From: Longimicrobiales bacterium
GTDB taxonomy: Bacteria > Gemmatimonadota > Gemmatimonadetes > Longimicrobiales > Gaopeijiaceae
Direction of reading: 5' to 3'
Assembly: GCA_965238005.1 (NCBI GenBank)
Contig: OZ250165.1
Location: 544,001-608,000 of the forward strand
Length of the DNA: 64,000 nt
Under the pieces are notes generated by a model. That model was not told the origin of the DNA. It did not search any database and saw only the letters and a list, made by a program, of their open reading frames with translations. How positions within the stretch are numbered: the stretch's first letter is position 1; each line of letters opens with the position of its first letter. Positions 10,023 to 19,788 of this stretch are shown piece after piece. Made by a program: the position numbers and the translations under genes.

Positions 10023-11327
10023 TCAACCCACCGATGCGCCCTCCCCCAGGACCTCGACCTCGAGGGTCTCCGGATCCACCATGGGCTGCCAGACCTGGAT
10101 CACCGGGAAGGTCGAGAGGAACCACCGCACTGCGTAGAGGAAGAGCCCGAGGAACATGAGCGCGATCAGGAATTCGGTCGCTCCGATGGGAGGCGTGTCG
10201 TGGTCCCGGATGGACGGCGCCACCATGAGATGCTTCTCGAGCCAGAGACCCCCCAAGATGACGAAGGTGACGGCCCGCAAGAACGCCGGATTCATCTTGG
10301 GCTTCCGCCCCATGAGAAACGCGAAGGGCACGACGAAGCACATCACGACTACCATGGCCGACAGCCGTCCCCAGGGCTCCTCGGCCCGGTGGATGATCCA
10401 GGCCTGCTCCCATGGAAGCTTCCCGTACCAGATCACGAGGTACTGGGCGAAGAACAGATAGGCCCAGAAGACGGAGAAGGCGAAGGTCAGCTTACCGAGG
10501 TCGTGGAGCTGCTGCCGCCCCATGGCCTTGTCGAACCGTTGGTCCCGCTTGAGCAGCGTGACCAAGCAGGCGGTCGCCGCCATGCCGCTCCAGAACGCCC
10601 CCATGAAGAACCACGGGCCCATCATGGTGGAGAACCAGTGCGGCTCGAGGGACATGACCCAGTCGTACGCGAGGATGCTCATCACCACGACGTAGAGAAT
10701 CACGAAGGCCGGACCCAGCTTGGTCATGCGCCGATAGGAGTGGACCTCCTCGGCCTCCTGGCCCCTCCAGCCCTGCGTGAGACGCTCCCGCCAAGCCGCT
10801 CGGCCCGGATCGGAGTCACCGTTGTCCTTGGCCAGTCCCATGTCGGGGCGGAGCGCCATGTAGGCGAAGTACAGGGAAGCCCCGAAGAGGACCACCACCC
10901 CCACCACGTTCCGCGTCACCAGGAACGGCATGTTGAGGTATGCCGCCTTCTTCTGGAGGATGGGATCGTGGGCCATCTCCGCAATCCAGGGGAAGAACGA
11001 CTCCTCGAGCCCAAGCATCGGCAGGAGCATGACGAATGAGATGGGAAGGAACGCCACGAAGGAAAGGCTCACCCGCCGGACCGACCAGTTCCACCTCGAC
11101 TTGGTGATCCAGGTGGCCACGGTGAGGAGCATCGCCCCCATGGCCACGTTCGTGAAGAAGAGCCAGTTGGAGACGTAGGACTGCCAGGCCCGGTCCGGGT
11201 CGTTGCCCAGGGCGAAGATGAAGCCCGCCAACCCCACCACGAACATGCCCACGAAGAGCATGTTCGCGTTCTTGGAGCGAGGCAGATAGCGGACCGGAAT
11301 CTCGGAGGGGACGTGGATGTGGCTCAT
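10023..11327 (-). CDS. actF: Alternative complex III subunit F (membrane)
   Basis: Polytopic membrane protein with YDWVMSLEPHWFST, LHDLGKLTFAF and QYLVIWYG; last gene of the act operon. Confidence 0.9.
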   Translation of the reverse strand: MSHIHVPSEIPVRYLPRSKNANMLFVGMFVVGLAGFIFALGNDPDRAWQSYVSNWLFFTNVAMGAMLLTVATWITKSRWNWSVRRVSLSFVAFLPISFVMLLPMLGLEESFFPWIAEMAHDPILQKKAAYLNMPFLVTRNVVGVVVLFGASLYFAYMALRPDMGLAKDNGDSDPGRAAWRERLTQGWRGQEAEEVHSYRRMTKLGPAFVILYVVVMSILAYDWVMSLEPHWFSTMMGPWFFMGAFWSGMAATACLVTLLKRDQRFDKAMGRQQLHDLGKLTFAFSVFWAYLFFAQYLVIWYGKLPWEQAWIIHRAEEPWGRLSAMVVVMCFVVPFAFLMGRKPKMNPAFLRAVTFVILGGLWLEKHLMVAPSIRDHDTPPIGATEFLIALMFLGLFLYAVRWFLSTFPVIQVWQPMVDPETLEVEVLGEGASVG

Positions 11328-11330
11328 GGC

Positions 11331-11951
11331 CTAGTCCTCCGCCCCGGCCACGGCCGGCTCGTTTCCGGCCTGACGCTGCAGCACACGAACGTAGTTCACG
11401 ATGTTCCAGCGATCGAAGTGGCTGATCTGGTGTCCATACGGCGGCATGAGGCCACGGCCCACGCGCATTATCCCATAGATGTACCCGTCGCTGTAGCCCG
11501 CCACTACGGGTCCGGACAGGTTGTACGCCACCAGGAGCGGGTACTTCTCGATGATGTTGGCCTGGGCGCCGATACCGGCTGCACCGTGGCACACGGCGCA
11601 GAAGCGATTGAACAACACCTCACCACGGGCCACCGAGGCCTCGTCGGGCGCGACCGGATTGGGCAGCGCCTGCACCACGGGCTGGAACAGGTCCGCCTGG
11701 GTGAAGGGCGGCGCGTTGAAGCCCCTCACGGGCTGGCCGGTATTCAGCTGGCCCGGCCCGGGAGTGATGTTGCCGGCCGCGAAGGGCACGCTGTTCGGCG
11801 GAGGAGCGAGCGTGTTCTCGTAGGGGTCGAAGGATCTGGAGTCCCGCATGTGGCGACCGAAGATGCTCGCCATGACGTTGTCGAGAGGGGTACAGGCGGT
11901 CGTCGCCGCTAGCAGAGCCAGAACCACGCTGAGGCGCGCTTTACGAAGCAT
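11331..11951 (-). CDS. actE: Alternative complex III subunit E (monoheme c lipoprotein)
   Basis: Lipobox-like ATTAC, a single CAVCH, GRGLMP axial Met. Confidence 0.88.
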   Translation of the reverse strand: MLRKARLSVVLALLAATTACTPLDNVMASIFGRHMRDSRSFDPYENTLAPPPNSVPFAAGNITPGPGQLNTGQPVRGFNAPPFTQADLFQPVVQALPNPVAPDEASVARGEVLFNRFCAVCHGAAGIGAQANIIEKYPLLVAYNLSGPVVAGYSDGYIYGIMRVGRGLMPPYGHQISHFDRWNIVNYVRVLQRQAGNEPAVAGAED

Positions 11952-12471
11952 GGGCCACCCCCGCGGGATCTTCCCGCACTTCGACCGGATCCTGCCCTTG
12001 TAAGATGCCGCGCGCCTCGTCCAGTCGGTCCGGAGGGGCGGTCACGTAGACACCGAAGCGACCGGCGCTGAACTCCGGATCGTAGACCACCATGGGCTTC
12101 ACAAAAGGAAGGCGGGCGTTGATGAAGAGGCCGATCACCGTGGCCAGAACTCCGAACAGCACCGCCATCTCGAATGCGATGATAATGTACGCCGGTATGG
12201 AGAGGATCGGCTTGCCACCCGTGACGAGTGGCCAATCCATGGAGGTGAACGACGTCAGGGCGAAGCCTCCCGCCGCGCCGCAGAGTCCTCCGGCGAGCGT
12301 CCAGACACGCACGGGGCTCTGGTCGTAACCGAGAGCCTCCTCGATGTGAAGGTCGGGATAGGGCATGTAGGCGGTGATCTTCTTGAGCCCCGACGCTCTC
12401 AGCTTCTCGATGGCGTTCACCGCCGAGTCGACGTACTCGTAAGAGGCCACAAGGCCGGTCGTGGCGCTCAT
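11941..12471 (-). CDS. actD: Alternative complex III subunit D (DUF3341)
   Basis: DWPLVTGGKP...PAYIIIAFE, two TM helices, position after actC. Confidence 0.9.
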   Translation of the reverse strand: MSATTGLVASYEYVDSAVNAIEKLRASGLKKITAYMPYPDLHIEEALGYDQSPVRVWTLAGGLCGAAGGFALTSFTSMDWPLVTGGKPILSIPAYIIIAFEMAVLFGVLATVIGLFINARLPFVKPMVVYDPEFSAGRFGVYVTAPPDRLDEARGILQGQDPVEVREDPAGVAHAS

Positions 12472-13859
12472 GGCTCACCCCCTTCCCCACCAGCGTGGGC
12501 CAGTGCGGCACTACGCATGGGCGTGGGCAGCACCTCCTTCAGCTCGGCGATGGCCACCGGCGGTAGCAACCGCGTGAAGAGGAGGAACCAGAAGCCGAAC
12601 CAGGCGAAGCTCCCCAACCCGATCCCCATCTCGACGAGCGAGGGTCTATAGACGCCCCACGCGAAGGGCTCGTACCCGTGGTGGAGCCCCGTGACGATGA
12701 TCACGTAGCGCTCGAACCACATTCCGATGTTGATGAAGATCGAGATGACGAACAGGGCGGGGATCGAGTACCTCACGCGCTTGAACCAGAGCATGACGGG
12801 CACCATCCCGTTGCACACCAACATGATCCAGGCGGCCCACCAGTAGTGACCGAAGAATCTGGCCCAAGAGGAGGCGCGCTCCACTTCCTCACCGCTGTAC
12901 CACGCCATGAAGAACTCGGCGAGGTAGGCGTAGAGCACGATCATCGACGTGAACAGGCAGAGCTTCGCCATGGCGTCGTAGTGCTTGGTCGTGAGGTACG
13001 CCTCGAGGCCGAAGACCTTCCTCAGGGGAACCGTGAGGGTGATCACCAAGGCGACGCCCGAGAAGATGGCGCCGGCGACGAAGTAGGGAGCGAAGATGGT
13101 GGTGTGCCACCCCGGCACGATCGCCACGGCGAAGTCCCAGGAAACCACGGAGTGGACGGAGAGGACCAGGGGCGTGGCCAGGGCGGCCAGAAAGATGTAT
13201 GCCTTGCCGAAGTGGTGCCATTCACGGTCCGTGCCGCGCCACCCCAGAGATATGACCTGGTAGAGCTTCTTCCTCACGCCCGTCGCCGCATCCCGGGCGG
13301 CGGCCAGGTCGGGTATCGTCCCCAGGTAGAAGAAGATCGCCGAGACCGTGAAGTACGTGGTCACGGCGAAGACGTCCCAGACCAGGGGCGAGCGGAAGTT
13401 GGGCCACAGGAAGCGGCTGTTCGGATACGGAATCATCCAATATCCATGCCAGACGCGTCCCATGTGGATGAGTGGGAACAGCCCCGCGGTCATGACAGCG
13501 AACACGGTCATGGCCTCGGCAGTACGGTAGATGGACTGACGCCACGGCGCCCGGAAGAGGAAGAGGATGGCCGAGATCAGCGTGCCCGAGTGGGCGATGC
13601 CGACCCAGAACACGAAGGAGGTGATGTAGACACCCCAGCCCACCGGACTGGTGAGTCCACTGACTCCGACCCCCTTCCACAGCTGGATGCCCCAGGACCC
13701 GAAGAAGACCCCGAGTCCGGCGACGGCCACGCCGAAGAGTAGCCACCAGCCCAGTCCTGGCCGCTCCAGCGCCCTCAGGACATCCCGGTTGACCTCGTCG
13801 AGGCGATGGACGTCCGGATGGGGTAGGGCGCCCCTCGCCTGTTCGGTCGCCGTGGTCAT
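12468..13859 (-). CDS. actC: Alternative complex III subunit C (NrfD/PsrC family quinol-binding subunit)
   Basis: FVFWVGIAHSGTLISAIL, SPLVWDVFAVTTY, ATPLVLSVHSVVSWDF, GWHTTIF. Confidence 0.95.
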   Translation of the reverse strand: MTTATEQARGALPHPDVHRLDEVNRDVLRALERPGLGWWLLFGVAVAGLGVFFGSWGIQLWKGVGVSGLTSPVGWGVYITSFVFWVGIAHSGTLISAILFLFRAPWRQSIYRTAEAMTVFAVMTAGLFPLIHMGRVWHGYWMIPYPNSRFLWPNFRSPLVWDVFAVTTYFTVSAIFFYLGTIPDLAAARDAATGVRKKLYQVISLGWRGTDREWHHFGKAYIFLAALATPLVLSVHSVVSWDFAVAIVPGWHTTIFAPYFVAGAIFSGVALVITLTVPLRKVFGLEAYLTTKHYDAMAKLCLFTSMIVLYAYLAEFFMAWYSGEEVERASSWARFFGHYWWAAWIMLVCNGMVPVMLWFKRVRYSIPALFVISIFINIGMWFERYVIIVTGLHHGYEPFAWGVYRPSLVEMGIGLGSFAWFGFWFLLFTRLLPPVAIAELKEVLPTPMRSAALAHAGGEGGEP

Positions 13860-16800
13860 CAGTGCTCTCCCGATTCCACGTCGTGGAACGTCACCTTCTT
13901 CAAGTAGCTCACCGCCGGTTGGGTGTTGAGCATCTCGTCCAGCACTCGATAGACCCTCTCGCTCTGGACCGACTGGGCCACCCGGGAGCGGGGATCACGG
14001 ATGTTGCCGAAGACGATGGCCTCGGCCGGACAGCTCTGTTGACAGGCCGGGATGATATCGCCGTCCCGCAGCGTGCTTCCCTCGACGGCCACCCGGTTCT
14101 GCACATTGCGGATACGATGGATGCAGAAGGAGCACTTCTCCATGATGCCGTTCTCGCGCACCGTCACATCCGGGTTGAACGCCCAGTTGAGAGGCTCCGG
14201 AGCGTGTCCCAGGCCTTCCCGCACCGGCTCTTCGTTCGTATACGTGTACCAGTTGAACACCCGGACCTTATAGGGGCAGTTGTTCAGGCAGTAGCGTGTT
14301 CCGACGCAGCGGTTGTAGACCTGCGCGTTGATCCCGTCCGGCGTGTGGTACGTGGCGAAGACGGGGCAGACGGGCTCGCACGGCGCGTTGCCGCAGTGCT
14401 GGCAGATCATGGGCAGGAAGCGCACGTCCAACGGCCCGGCGTGGCTCGCGTCCACGGCCTCGTAGTAGCGCTCCAGGCGGATCCACCCCATGTCGCGGCC
14501 CATGGTCACCTGATTCTCTCCGACCCATGCCACGTTGTTTTCGGACTGACACGCCGTCACGCATGCGCTACACCCCGTGCACTTGTCGAGGTCGATGGTC
14601 ATGGCCCATCGAGGCTCCTCCGGATCTCCGTACTCGCCGTGCCGGGCTCCCTCCAGAGGGAAGTCCTCGGGACGGCCCTCGGTCTCGACCGGAACGAAGC
14701 CACCGACCCCCTGCAGCTCCTTCAGCGGACCGTGCGCGTCCTCTTCCTCGGCCTGCTCGGCCTCGCCCACCAGCGCGCTCAGAGCCACCGCCGGAGTGAT
14801 GGGACGATTGCTCTGCGAGTCCGAGCCCGCGATGGAGGCCAAGGGCCTGCGCCGGCCGGTGGGCGTCACCGTGACCTTGGTGGCGAAGTGAACCAGACCG
14901 CCCGACAGCGCTTCGGCTTCGGTCGGCAGCAGATCGAGGGGATTCACGCCGTTTCCGTCGCTGAAGCGCCCGGCACCGTCGTGGCCCCCTCCCATGGGTA
15001 CGGCCACCACGTTCTCCCGGATGCCCGGGTAGGTCCAAACCGGCACTTCCACGGAGCCGTGGTCCGTGGAGAGGATAACCAGGTCACCGTTCTTGAGCCC
15101 CATGGACTCGGCGCGGTTCGGGTGCATCTCCACCCAGGAGTGCCAGGTGATCTTGCTGACGGGATCGGGCAGCTCGTGCAGCCACGGCCGGTTGGAGTTC
15201 AGGGCTCCATCCCCGAAGCGCGACGACGGATACACCATCAGGTGCAGATCGCCCCGGCCGTCGAAGTCCGGCGGATCGAAGACCAGCGCGCGATCTGGCT
15301 GCCGGAGCGTTTGAGACACGCCAGCAAGGCCGGATCCGATATTCACCACCCCGGACTTAAGCGCCTCGCGCCAGAATGCGTCGGAGTCGGTGGCTCCCGC
15401 CGAAGCGGCGACGGCCTGCCAACGCGTGCGCAGCCGGTCATAGAGGGTGGCCGAGCCGAGGTCCTGCCCCATGCGTGCCGCGACCGAGAGGAGCACGTCC
15501 CCCGTCTGCTTGGAGTCGAAGTGGGGCACAGGCTGCATGGCCGGCTGCTGCAGCGCCCAGAGGCCTGGCCGGATGGCCGAATCGCCCCAGGACTCCAGGA
15601 AGTGCCGGTCCGGGAGGATCAGGTCGGCAAGGGCCGCCGTCTCGTCGGGAGCCGACGCGAAGGACACCTTGAAGGGCACGCTCTCGAAAGCCTGTCGGAA
15701 GCCCGACGACGCCGGCAGCGAGTAGATCGGATTGCTGTCGTGGACCAGCAACGTCCCTATGGCTCCCTGGCCGATCAGCTGCATGACCCGCTGCACCCCC
15801 GGATAGCCGAAGGCGGGAGCGTTGAGTTGGGGCGTGTTGTAGTGCACCGTCCTGCCCACGTTGCCGGCTACGGCATTGAGAACGGTCACGGCCAGGTTGG
15901 CGGCCGTGGCGTTCCGGTGTTGTCCTGCGACACCCGGGCCCAGAGCCAGGCTAGGCTCCGCCTCGGAAAACCGGAGGGCCAGCTCGCGGATGCTCTCGGC
16001 CGAGATACCGGTGGCGTCCGCGACGTTCTCGGGGGTGTAGGCGTTGACGATGTCTCTATATGGGCCGGCTCCGGCGCCGGCGCCGGAGATGACGTTCGCC
16101 ATGGCGAGCGCCACGAGTGCCTCGCTTCCCGGCTGGATAGGAAGCCACTCGTCGGCGTTCTGGCCGGTCAGAGAGAGTCTGGAGCCGATGAAGACGAAGC
16201 GCCCCTTCCTGCCCCGCTCATCCACCCCGCTCATGCGAGCGAAGCCCCGCGCGTCACGCACGGGCGAGAGCCAGCTCTCGAGGAAGTCGGCACCGAACGA
16301 GACCAGGAGGCGAGCCTCTTCGATATCGTACCAGGGCACCACGTTAGCCCCGAATGCGATCCGACCGGCCTCGCGGAGTGGCGCCTCGGCCAGCGTGTCG
16401 TAGCGGACGACTCCGCCACCCGTGGCTCCGGCGAACTCCTCGAAGAGCGTCATCAACGAGGGTCCGGCGAATCCCGTAAGCAGGAGATGCTGTCCCTCTG
16501 ACGAAATACGGTCCGCCAGCATCTGCTCCGCCTCGTCCCACGAGATGGGCTGGAGCTGGCCGTTCTGTCGAACCATGGGCCCAGTGAAGCGGTCGGGATT
16601 GTAGAGCCCCTGGATGCTCGAGTGTCCTCTGGAGCAGAGGGCCCCGCCCGAGACAGGATGGTCGGGATTCCCCTCGACCTTCACGACGCGGCCTTCCATG
16701 GTGCGGACCCAAATTCCGCATCCCGCCTCACATTCGCCGCACACCGACGTGTACCACGTGGCGACGCCGGGGGTGATCTCTTCGGGGGGAACCACGTACG

Positions 16801-16906
16801 GAATCAGGCGCTCGACGCTCTCTGTCGAGCAGCCCACCACGCTGGCACCTGCTCCGCTGACACCCAGAACCTTCAGGAACTCGCGTCTCTTCAGTCCGTC
16901 GCTCAT
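13859..16906 (-). CDS. actB: Alternative complex III subunit B (molybdopterin-oxidoreductase-like domain fused to Fe-S domain)
   Basis: Tat signal KRREFLK, KVEGNPDHP, C-terminal CTGCSACVTACQSEN, CQHCGNAPCEPVCP, CVGTRYCLNNCP, EKCSFC. Confidence 0.93.
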   Translation of the reverse strand: MSDGLKRREFLKVLGVSGAGASVVGCSTESVERLIPYVVPPEEITPGVATWYTSVCGECEAGCGIWVRTMEGRVVKVEGNPDHPVSGGALCSRGHSSIQGLYNPDRFTGPMVRQNGQLQPISWDEAEQMLADRISSEGQHLLLTGFAGPSLMTLFEEFAGATGGGVVRYDTLAEAPLREAGRIAFGANVVPWYDIEEARLLVSFGADFLESWLSPVRDARGFARMSGVDERGRKGRFVFIGSRLSLTGQNADEWLPIQPGSEALVALAMANVISGAGAGAGPYRDIVNAYTPENVADATGISAESIRELALRFSEAEPSLALGPGVAGQHRNATAANLAVTVLNAVAGNVGRTVHYNTPQLNAPAFGYPGVQRVMQLIGQGAIGTLLVHDSNPIYSLPASSGFRQAFESVPFKVSFASAPDETAALADLILPDRHFLESWGDSAIRPGLWALQQPAMQPVPHFDSKQTGDVLLSVAARMGQDLGSATLYDRLRTRWQAVAASAGATDSDAFWREALKSGVVNIGSGLAGVSQTLRQPDRALVFDPPDFDGRGDLHLMVYPSSRFGDGALNSNRPWLHELPDPVSKITWHSWVEMHPNRAESMGLKNGDLVILSTDHGSVEVPVWTYPGIRENVVAVPMGGGHDGAGRFSDGNGVNPLDLLPTEAEALSGGLVHFATKVTVTPTGRRRPLASIAGSDSQSNRPITPAVALSALVGEAEQAEEEDAHGPLKELQGVGGFVPVETEGRPEDFPLEGARHGEYGDPEEPRWAMTIDLDKCTGCSACVTACQSENNVAWVGENQVTMGRDMGWIRLERYYEAVDASHAGPLDVRFLPMICQHCGNAPCEPVCPVFATYHTPDGINAQVYNRCVGTRYCLNNCPYKVRVFNWYTYTNEEPVREGLGHAPEPLNWAFNPDVTVRENGIMEKCSFCIHRIRNVQNRVAVEGSTLRDGDIIPACQQSCPAEAIVFGNIRDPRSRVAQSVQSERVYRVLDEMLNTQPAVSYLKKVTFHDVESGEH

Positions 16907-16922
16907 TGAATTGGTCCTGGAA

Positions 16923-17474
16923 TCAGTAGTGGCAGACCGCGCAGTCCCTGGAGACGTCGCGCTCGACGTGACAGGTTACGCACCAGCCCATGGCAAGAGG
17001 CTGGTTCACCTCCTCCAGCACGCCCATCTCCTGAACCTCCCCGTGGCAGGTGGCGCAATCGACGCCAGCCGCGACATGCCTCATGTGCGGGAAGTGGACG
17101 TGGTCGGCGACCTTGTAGATCCGCACCCACGGAATCGGCTCCTGATCGGTCCAGTAGTCGCGAACCTTCTGGATCTCAGCCTGCTGCCGCTCATCGGTTC
17201 CACCGATGATCTGATGGCAACCGATGCAGGTTCTGACTGGGGGGATCCCGGCGTCCACCGATCGCTCTGCCGAAAAGTGACAATACTGGCAGTCGATCCG
17301 GTCCACTCCGGCGTGAATGTTATGAGGAAAAGCGATTGGTTGGATGAAGGCGGTAGCCGCCCCGCCCGGCGTTTCCGATTCCTGTGCCGCACTGCTGTCC
17401 TGGGTCTGAGCGAAGGCCAGAGAGCCCAAGGTGGCGAGCACGACGATCGATGCAACTATCCATCCCTTCGTCAT
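16923..17474 (-). CDS. actA: Alternative complex III subunit A (pentaheme cytochrome c)
   Basis: Five CxxCH motifs (CQYCH, CIGCH, CATCH, CVTCH, CAVCH), QPIAFPH, MGWC; start placed at ATG 17474. Confidence 0.92.
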   Translation of the reverse strand: MTKGWIVASIVVLATLGSLAFAQTQDSSAAQESETPGGAATAFIQPIAFPHNIHAGVDRIDCQYCHFSAERSVDAGIPPVRTCIGCHQIIGGTDERQQAEIQKVRDYWTDQEPIPWVRIYKVADHVHFPHMRHVAAGVDCATCHGEVQEMGVLEEVNQPLAMGWCVTCHVERDVSRDCAVCHY

Positions 17475-17534
17475 AAGTCCTGCCGCCCGGATGGGGGTGG
17501 GTGGGAGCAAGAGTCGTCTGTCTGAAACGGCAGG

Positions 17535-17563
17535 AAGCTACCAGAGCCTCAGGGTCATGTCAA
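17535..17563 (-). promoter_or_regulatory. Sigma70-like promoter of the act operon
   Basis: Reverse strand TTGACA-N17-TAGCTT with a TGn extension. Confidence 0.55.
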
Positions 17564-17660
17564 CGCTCCGCTAGCGGCCAAAAAGAACCTTTTTCTGTGC
17601 GTGAGTGTTATACTTTTCCCCCCCAGAAGAGGCCCTGGAGAACCCGGATGGGAGTGGGAT

Positions 17661-18635
17661 TTGGCCGACACGACAGCCATCATCGACACACTACCTACCG
17701 TCGACTTGATCGAGCGTCTGATCCATGAGGTGGAGCAGGTCTTTCACGGCAAGGAAGAGGTCGTGCGACTCGCCGTGTCGGCCCTCCTGGCCCGCGGACA
17801 CATCCTCTTCGAGGACGTCCCCGGTGTGGGTAAGACGACGCTGGCCCACGCACTCGCGACAGCCGTCGGTCTCTCGTTCCGCCGGATCCAGTTCACGAGC
17901 GACCTGCTGCCGTCCGACGTCCTGGGTGTGTCGATCTACAATCCGCGCACATCGGAGTTCGAGACGAGGCCCGGACCCATCTTCACGAACCTGGTTCTGG
18001 CCGACGAGATCAACCGTGCGCCGCCTCGAACCCAGAGCGGGCTCCTACAGGCCATGGAGGAAGGCGAGGTGAGCTTGGACGACACGACGTTCCAGCTCCC
18101 GCAGCCCTTCATGGTGATGGCCACCCAGAACCCTCTCGAGCATCATGGGACTTATCCCCTCCCCGAGAGCCAGGTCGATCGCTTCCTCATGCGCATCACC
18201 ATCGGCTACCCGGGAGAGGCGGCGGAGCGTCGCATTCTCCAGGAGTCCACGGAAGAGGGCGTCTGGGAGCAGCGCATCAGGACGGTTCTCACGTCGGCCG
18301 AGGTTCTAACGCTTCAGAACCAAGTCGCCGAGGTCCGGACCGAGGACTCCCTCATGGGCTACCTGATGGAGATCGTTCGACGCACCCGGATCGAGCCACG
18401 TCTCCGCATGGGGGTCAGCCCGCGAGGAGCCATCGGCCTGTTCAGGGCTTCAAGGGCCTACGCTCTTCTGAGTGGCCGGGACTTCCTGGTGCCGAGTGAC
18501 ATTCAGCATCTTGCAGGCCCATGCCTGGCCCATCGGATCCTTCCCATCGGAGCCACGGCGGCCACTCACGAGGCCCACGAGGAGGCCGGAGCGATCGTCG
18601 ACGAGATCCTCGAGGACGTAGCGGTCCCGGTGTAG
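17661..18635 (+). CDS. MoxR family AAA+ ATPase (start uncertain; ORF opens at 17601)
   Basis: EDVPGVGKT, RIQFTSDLLPSD, LADEINRA, MATQNP, YPLPESQVDRF. Confidence 0.93.
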   Translation: MADTTAIIDTLPTVDLIERLIHEVEQVFHGKEEVVRLAVSALLARGHILFEDVPGVGKTTLAHALATAVGLSFRRIQFTSDLLPSDVLGVSIYNPRTSEFETRPGPIFTNLVLADEINRAPPRTQSGLLQAMEEGEVSLDDTTFQLPQPFMVMATQNPLEHHGTYPLPESQVDRFLMRITIGYPGEAAERRILQESTEEGVWEQRIRTVLTSAEVLTLQNQVAEVRTEDSLMGYLMEIVRRTRIEPRLRMGVSPRGAIGLFRASRAYALLSGRDFLVPSDIQHLAGPCLAHRILPIGATAATHEAHEEAGAIVDEILEDVAVPV

Positions 18636-18654
18636 CCCCGCGGAGCGCCGACGG

Positions 18655-19788
18655 ATGAACTTCCTCGAGCCTTTGGCCGCTCTCCCCACGATCTTGCGAG
18701 ACACCTGGCGACGCCTGCGCGCGTGGCGTCGCATCCGCTTCACCACTGGAGGAGCAGTCTTCACGGCGGGGGCCTTCGCCATCGGATTCGCGGCGGTCAA
18801 CACCGGAAACAACCTGCTCTATCTCCTGCTGGGAGCCATGCTTGGCTTCATCGCTCTCTCGGGTTGGCTCTCGGAGCAGGCCCTGCGGGGCCTGGAGGTG
18901 AGGAGATGGACTCCCCGGGGGGTGACGGTGGGGAAGACGGCTCGCATCACGTACCACGTGACGAATGGTAAACTCCGGCTTCCCACTCTGGCCGTCTATC
19001 TGATCGAGGAGGGCCTGCCCGGAGCCGCGTGCATCGCCCGACTCGATGCCGGTGAATCGATCACGGTCCGGTCTGAGAACCACTTCGTCCGACGAGGAAT
19101 CTACCCGCTCAAAGCACTCACCCTGTCGACCGCGTTTCCCTTCGGCCTCTTCACCAAGGAGCGTGACATCGCGCTTCCCGGGGAGCTCGTGATCTGGCCC
19201 AGGGCGGACCGCCCCGTGCCCCTTCCGGCGCCCCCCGGAGCAAGCAGCCGGCCTCGTTACTCGGACGTGAGCGGTGTGACGCTCGGGGCCCGAGGCGAAT
19301 ACCGGGGTCTCCGGGAGTACCGGCCCGGCGACGACCCGCGCGACATCCACTGGCGATCCACGGCAAGGACCGGGAAGCCGGTGGTGCGGGAGTACGATCA
19401 GGACGCCGCCGAAACGATCTGGATCTGCCTCGACACCCGAGATGAGCCGGGGCATCGGGCCGAGGGAGCGCTGGAGACCACCGCGTCACTGCTGGCTCGG
19501 GCCTTTCAAGAGGGTAGGCGGTTCGCCCTGGCCACCCCGACGGGCTACGTGGATGCCGGCACGGGGTCGGGGCAGCTCGAGCGCGTGTTGGACGTGCTCG
19601 CGAGAGTGGACTTCCAGCGATCCGGTCCCCGTCTGGCTCCTCCCACCGATCCTGCCCGCTGCGTTCTCGTGTCCATCTCCGGAGCCGGGCGCTCCTCGTA
19701 CGGAGCTTACGTGCCTCCCGGCAAGTGGTCAGACGACGCCTCGGGGCCTTCGTCCCCGGCCGCTGAGCCGGAAAGGCGTGCCGGATGA
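18655..19788 (+). CDS. DUF58 domain protein
   Basis: NTGNNLLYL and [20 protein letters not shown]; canonical position after MoxR. Confidence 0.88.
   Translation: MNFLEPLAALPTILRDTWRRLRAWRRIRFTTGGAVFTAGAFAIGFAAVNTGNNLLYLLLGAMLGFIALSGWLSEQALRGLEVRRWTPRGVTVGKTARITYHVTNGKLRLPTLAVYLIEEGLPGAACIARLDAGESITVRSENHFVRRGIYPLKALTLSTAFPFGLFTKERDIALPGELVIWPRADRPVPLPAPPGASSRPRYSDVSGVTLGARGEYRGLREYRPGDDPRDIHWRSTARTGKPVVREYDQDAAETIWICLDTRDEPGHRAEGALETTASLLARAFQEGRRFALATPTGYVDAGTGSGQLERVLDVLARVDFQRSGPRLAPPTDPARCVLVSISGAGRSSYGAYVPPGKWSDDASGPSSPAAEPERRAG

Noticed and set aside
13862..16501. 879-aa ORF on the plus strand, and many similar long antisense ORFs (10008..11039, 26044..27651, 55353..57167)
   Set aside because: Shadow ORFs antisense to well-supported genes; expected in high-GC DNA and without recognisable motifs
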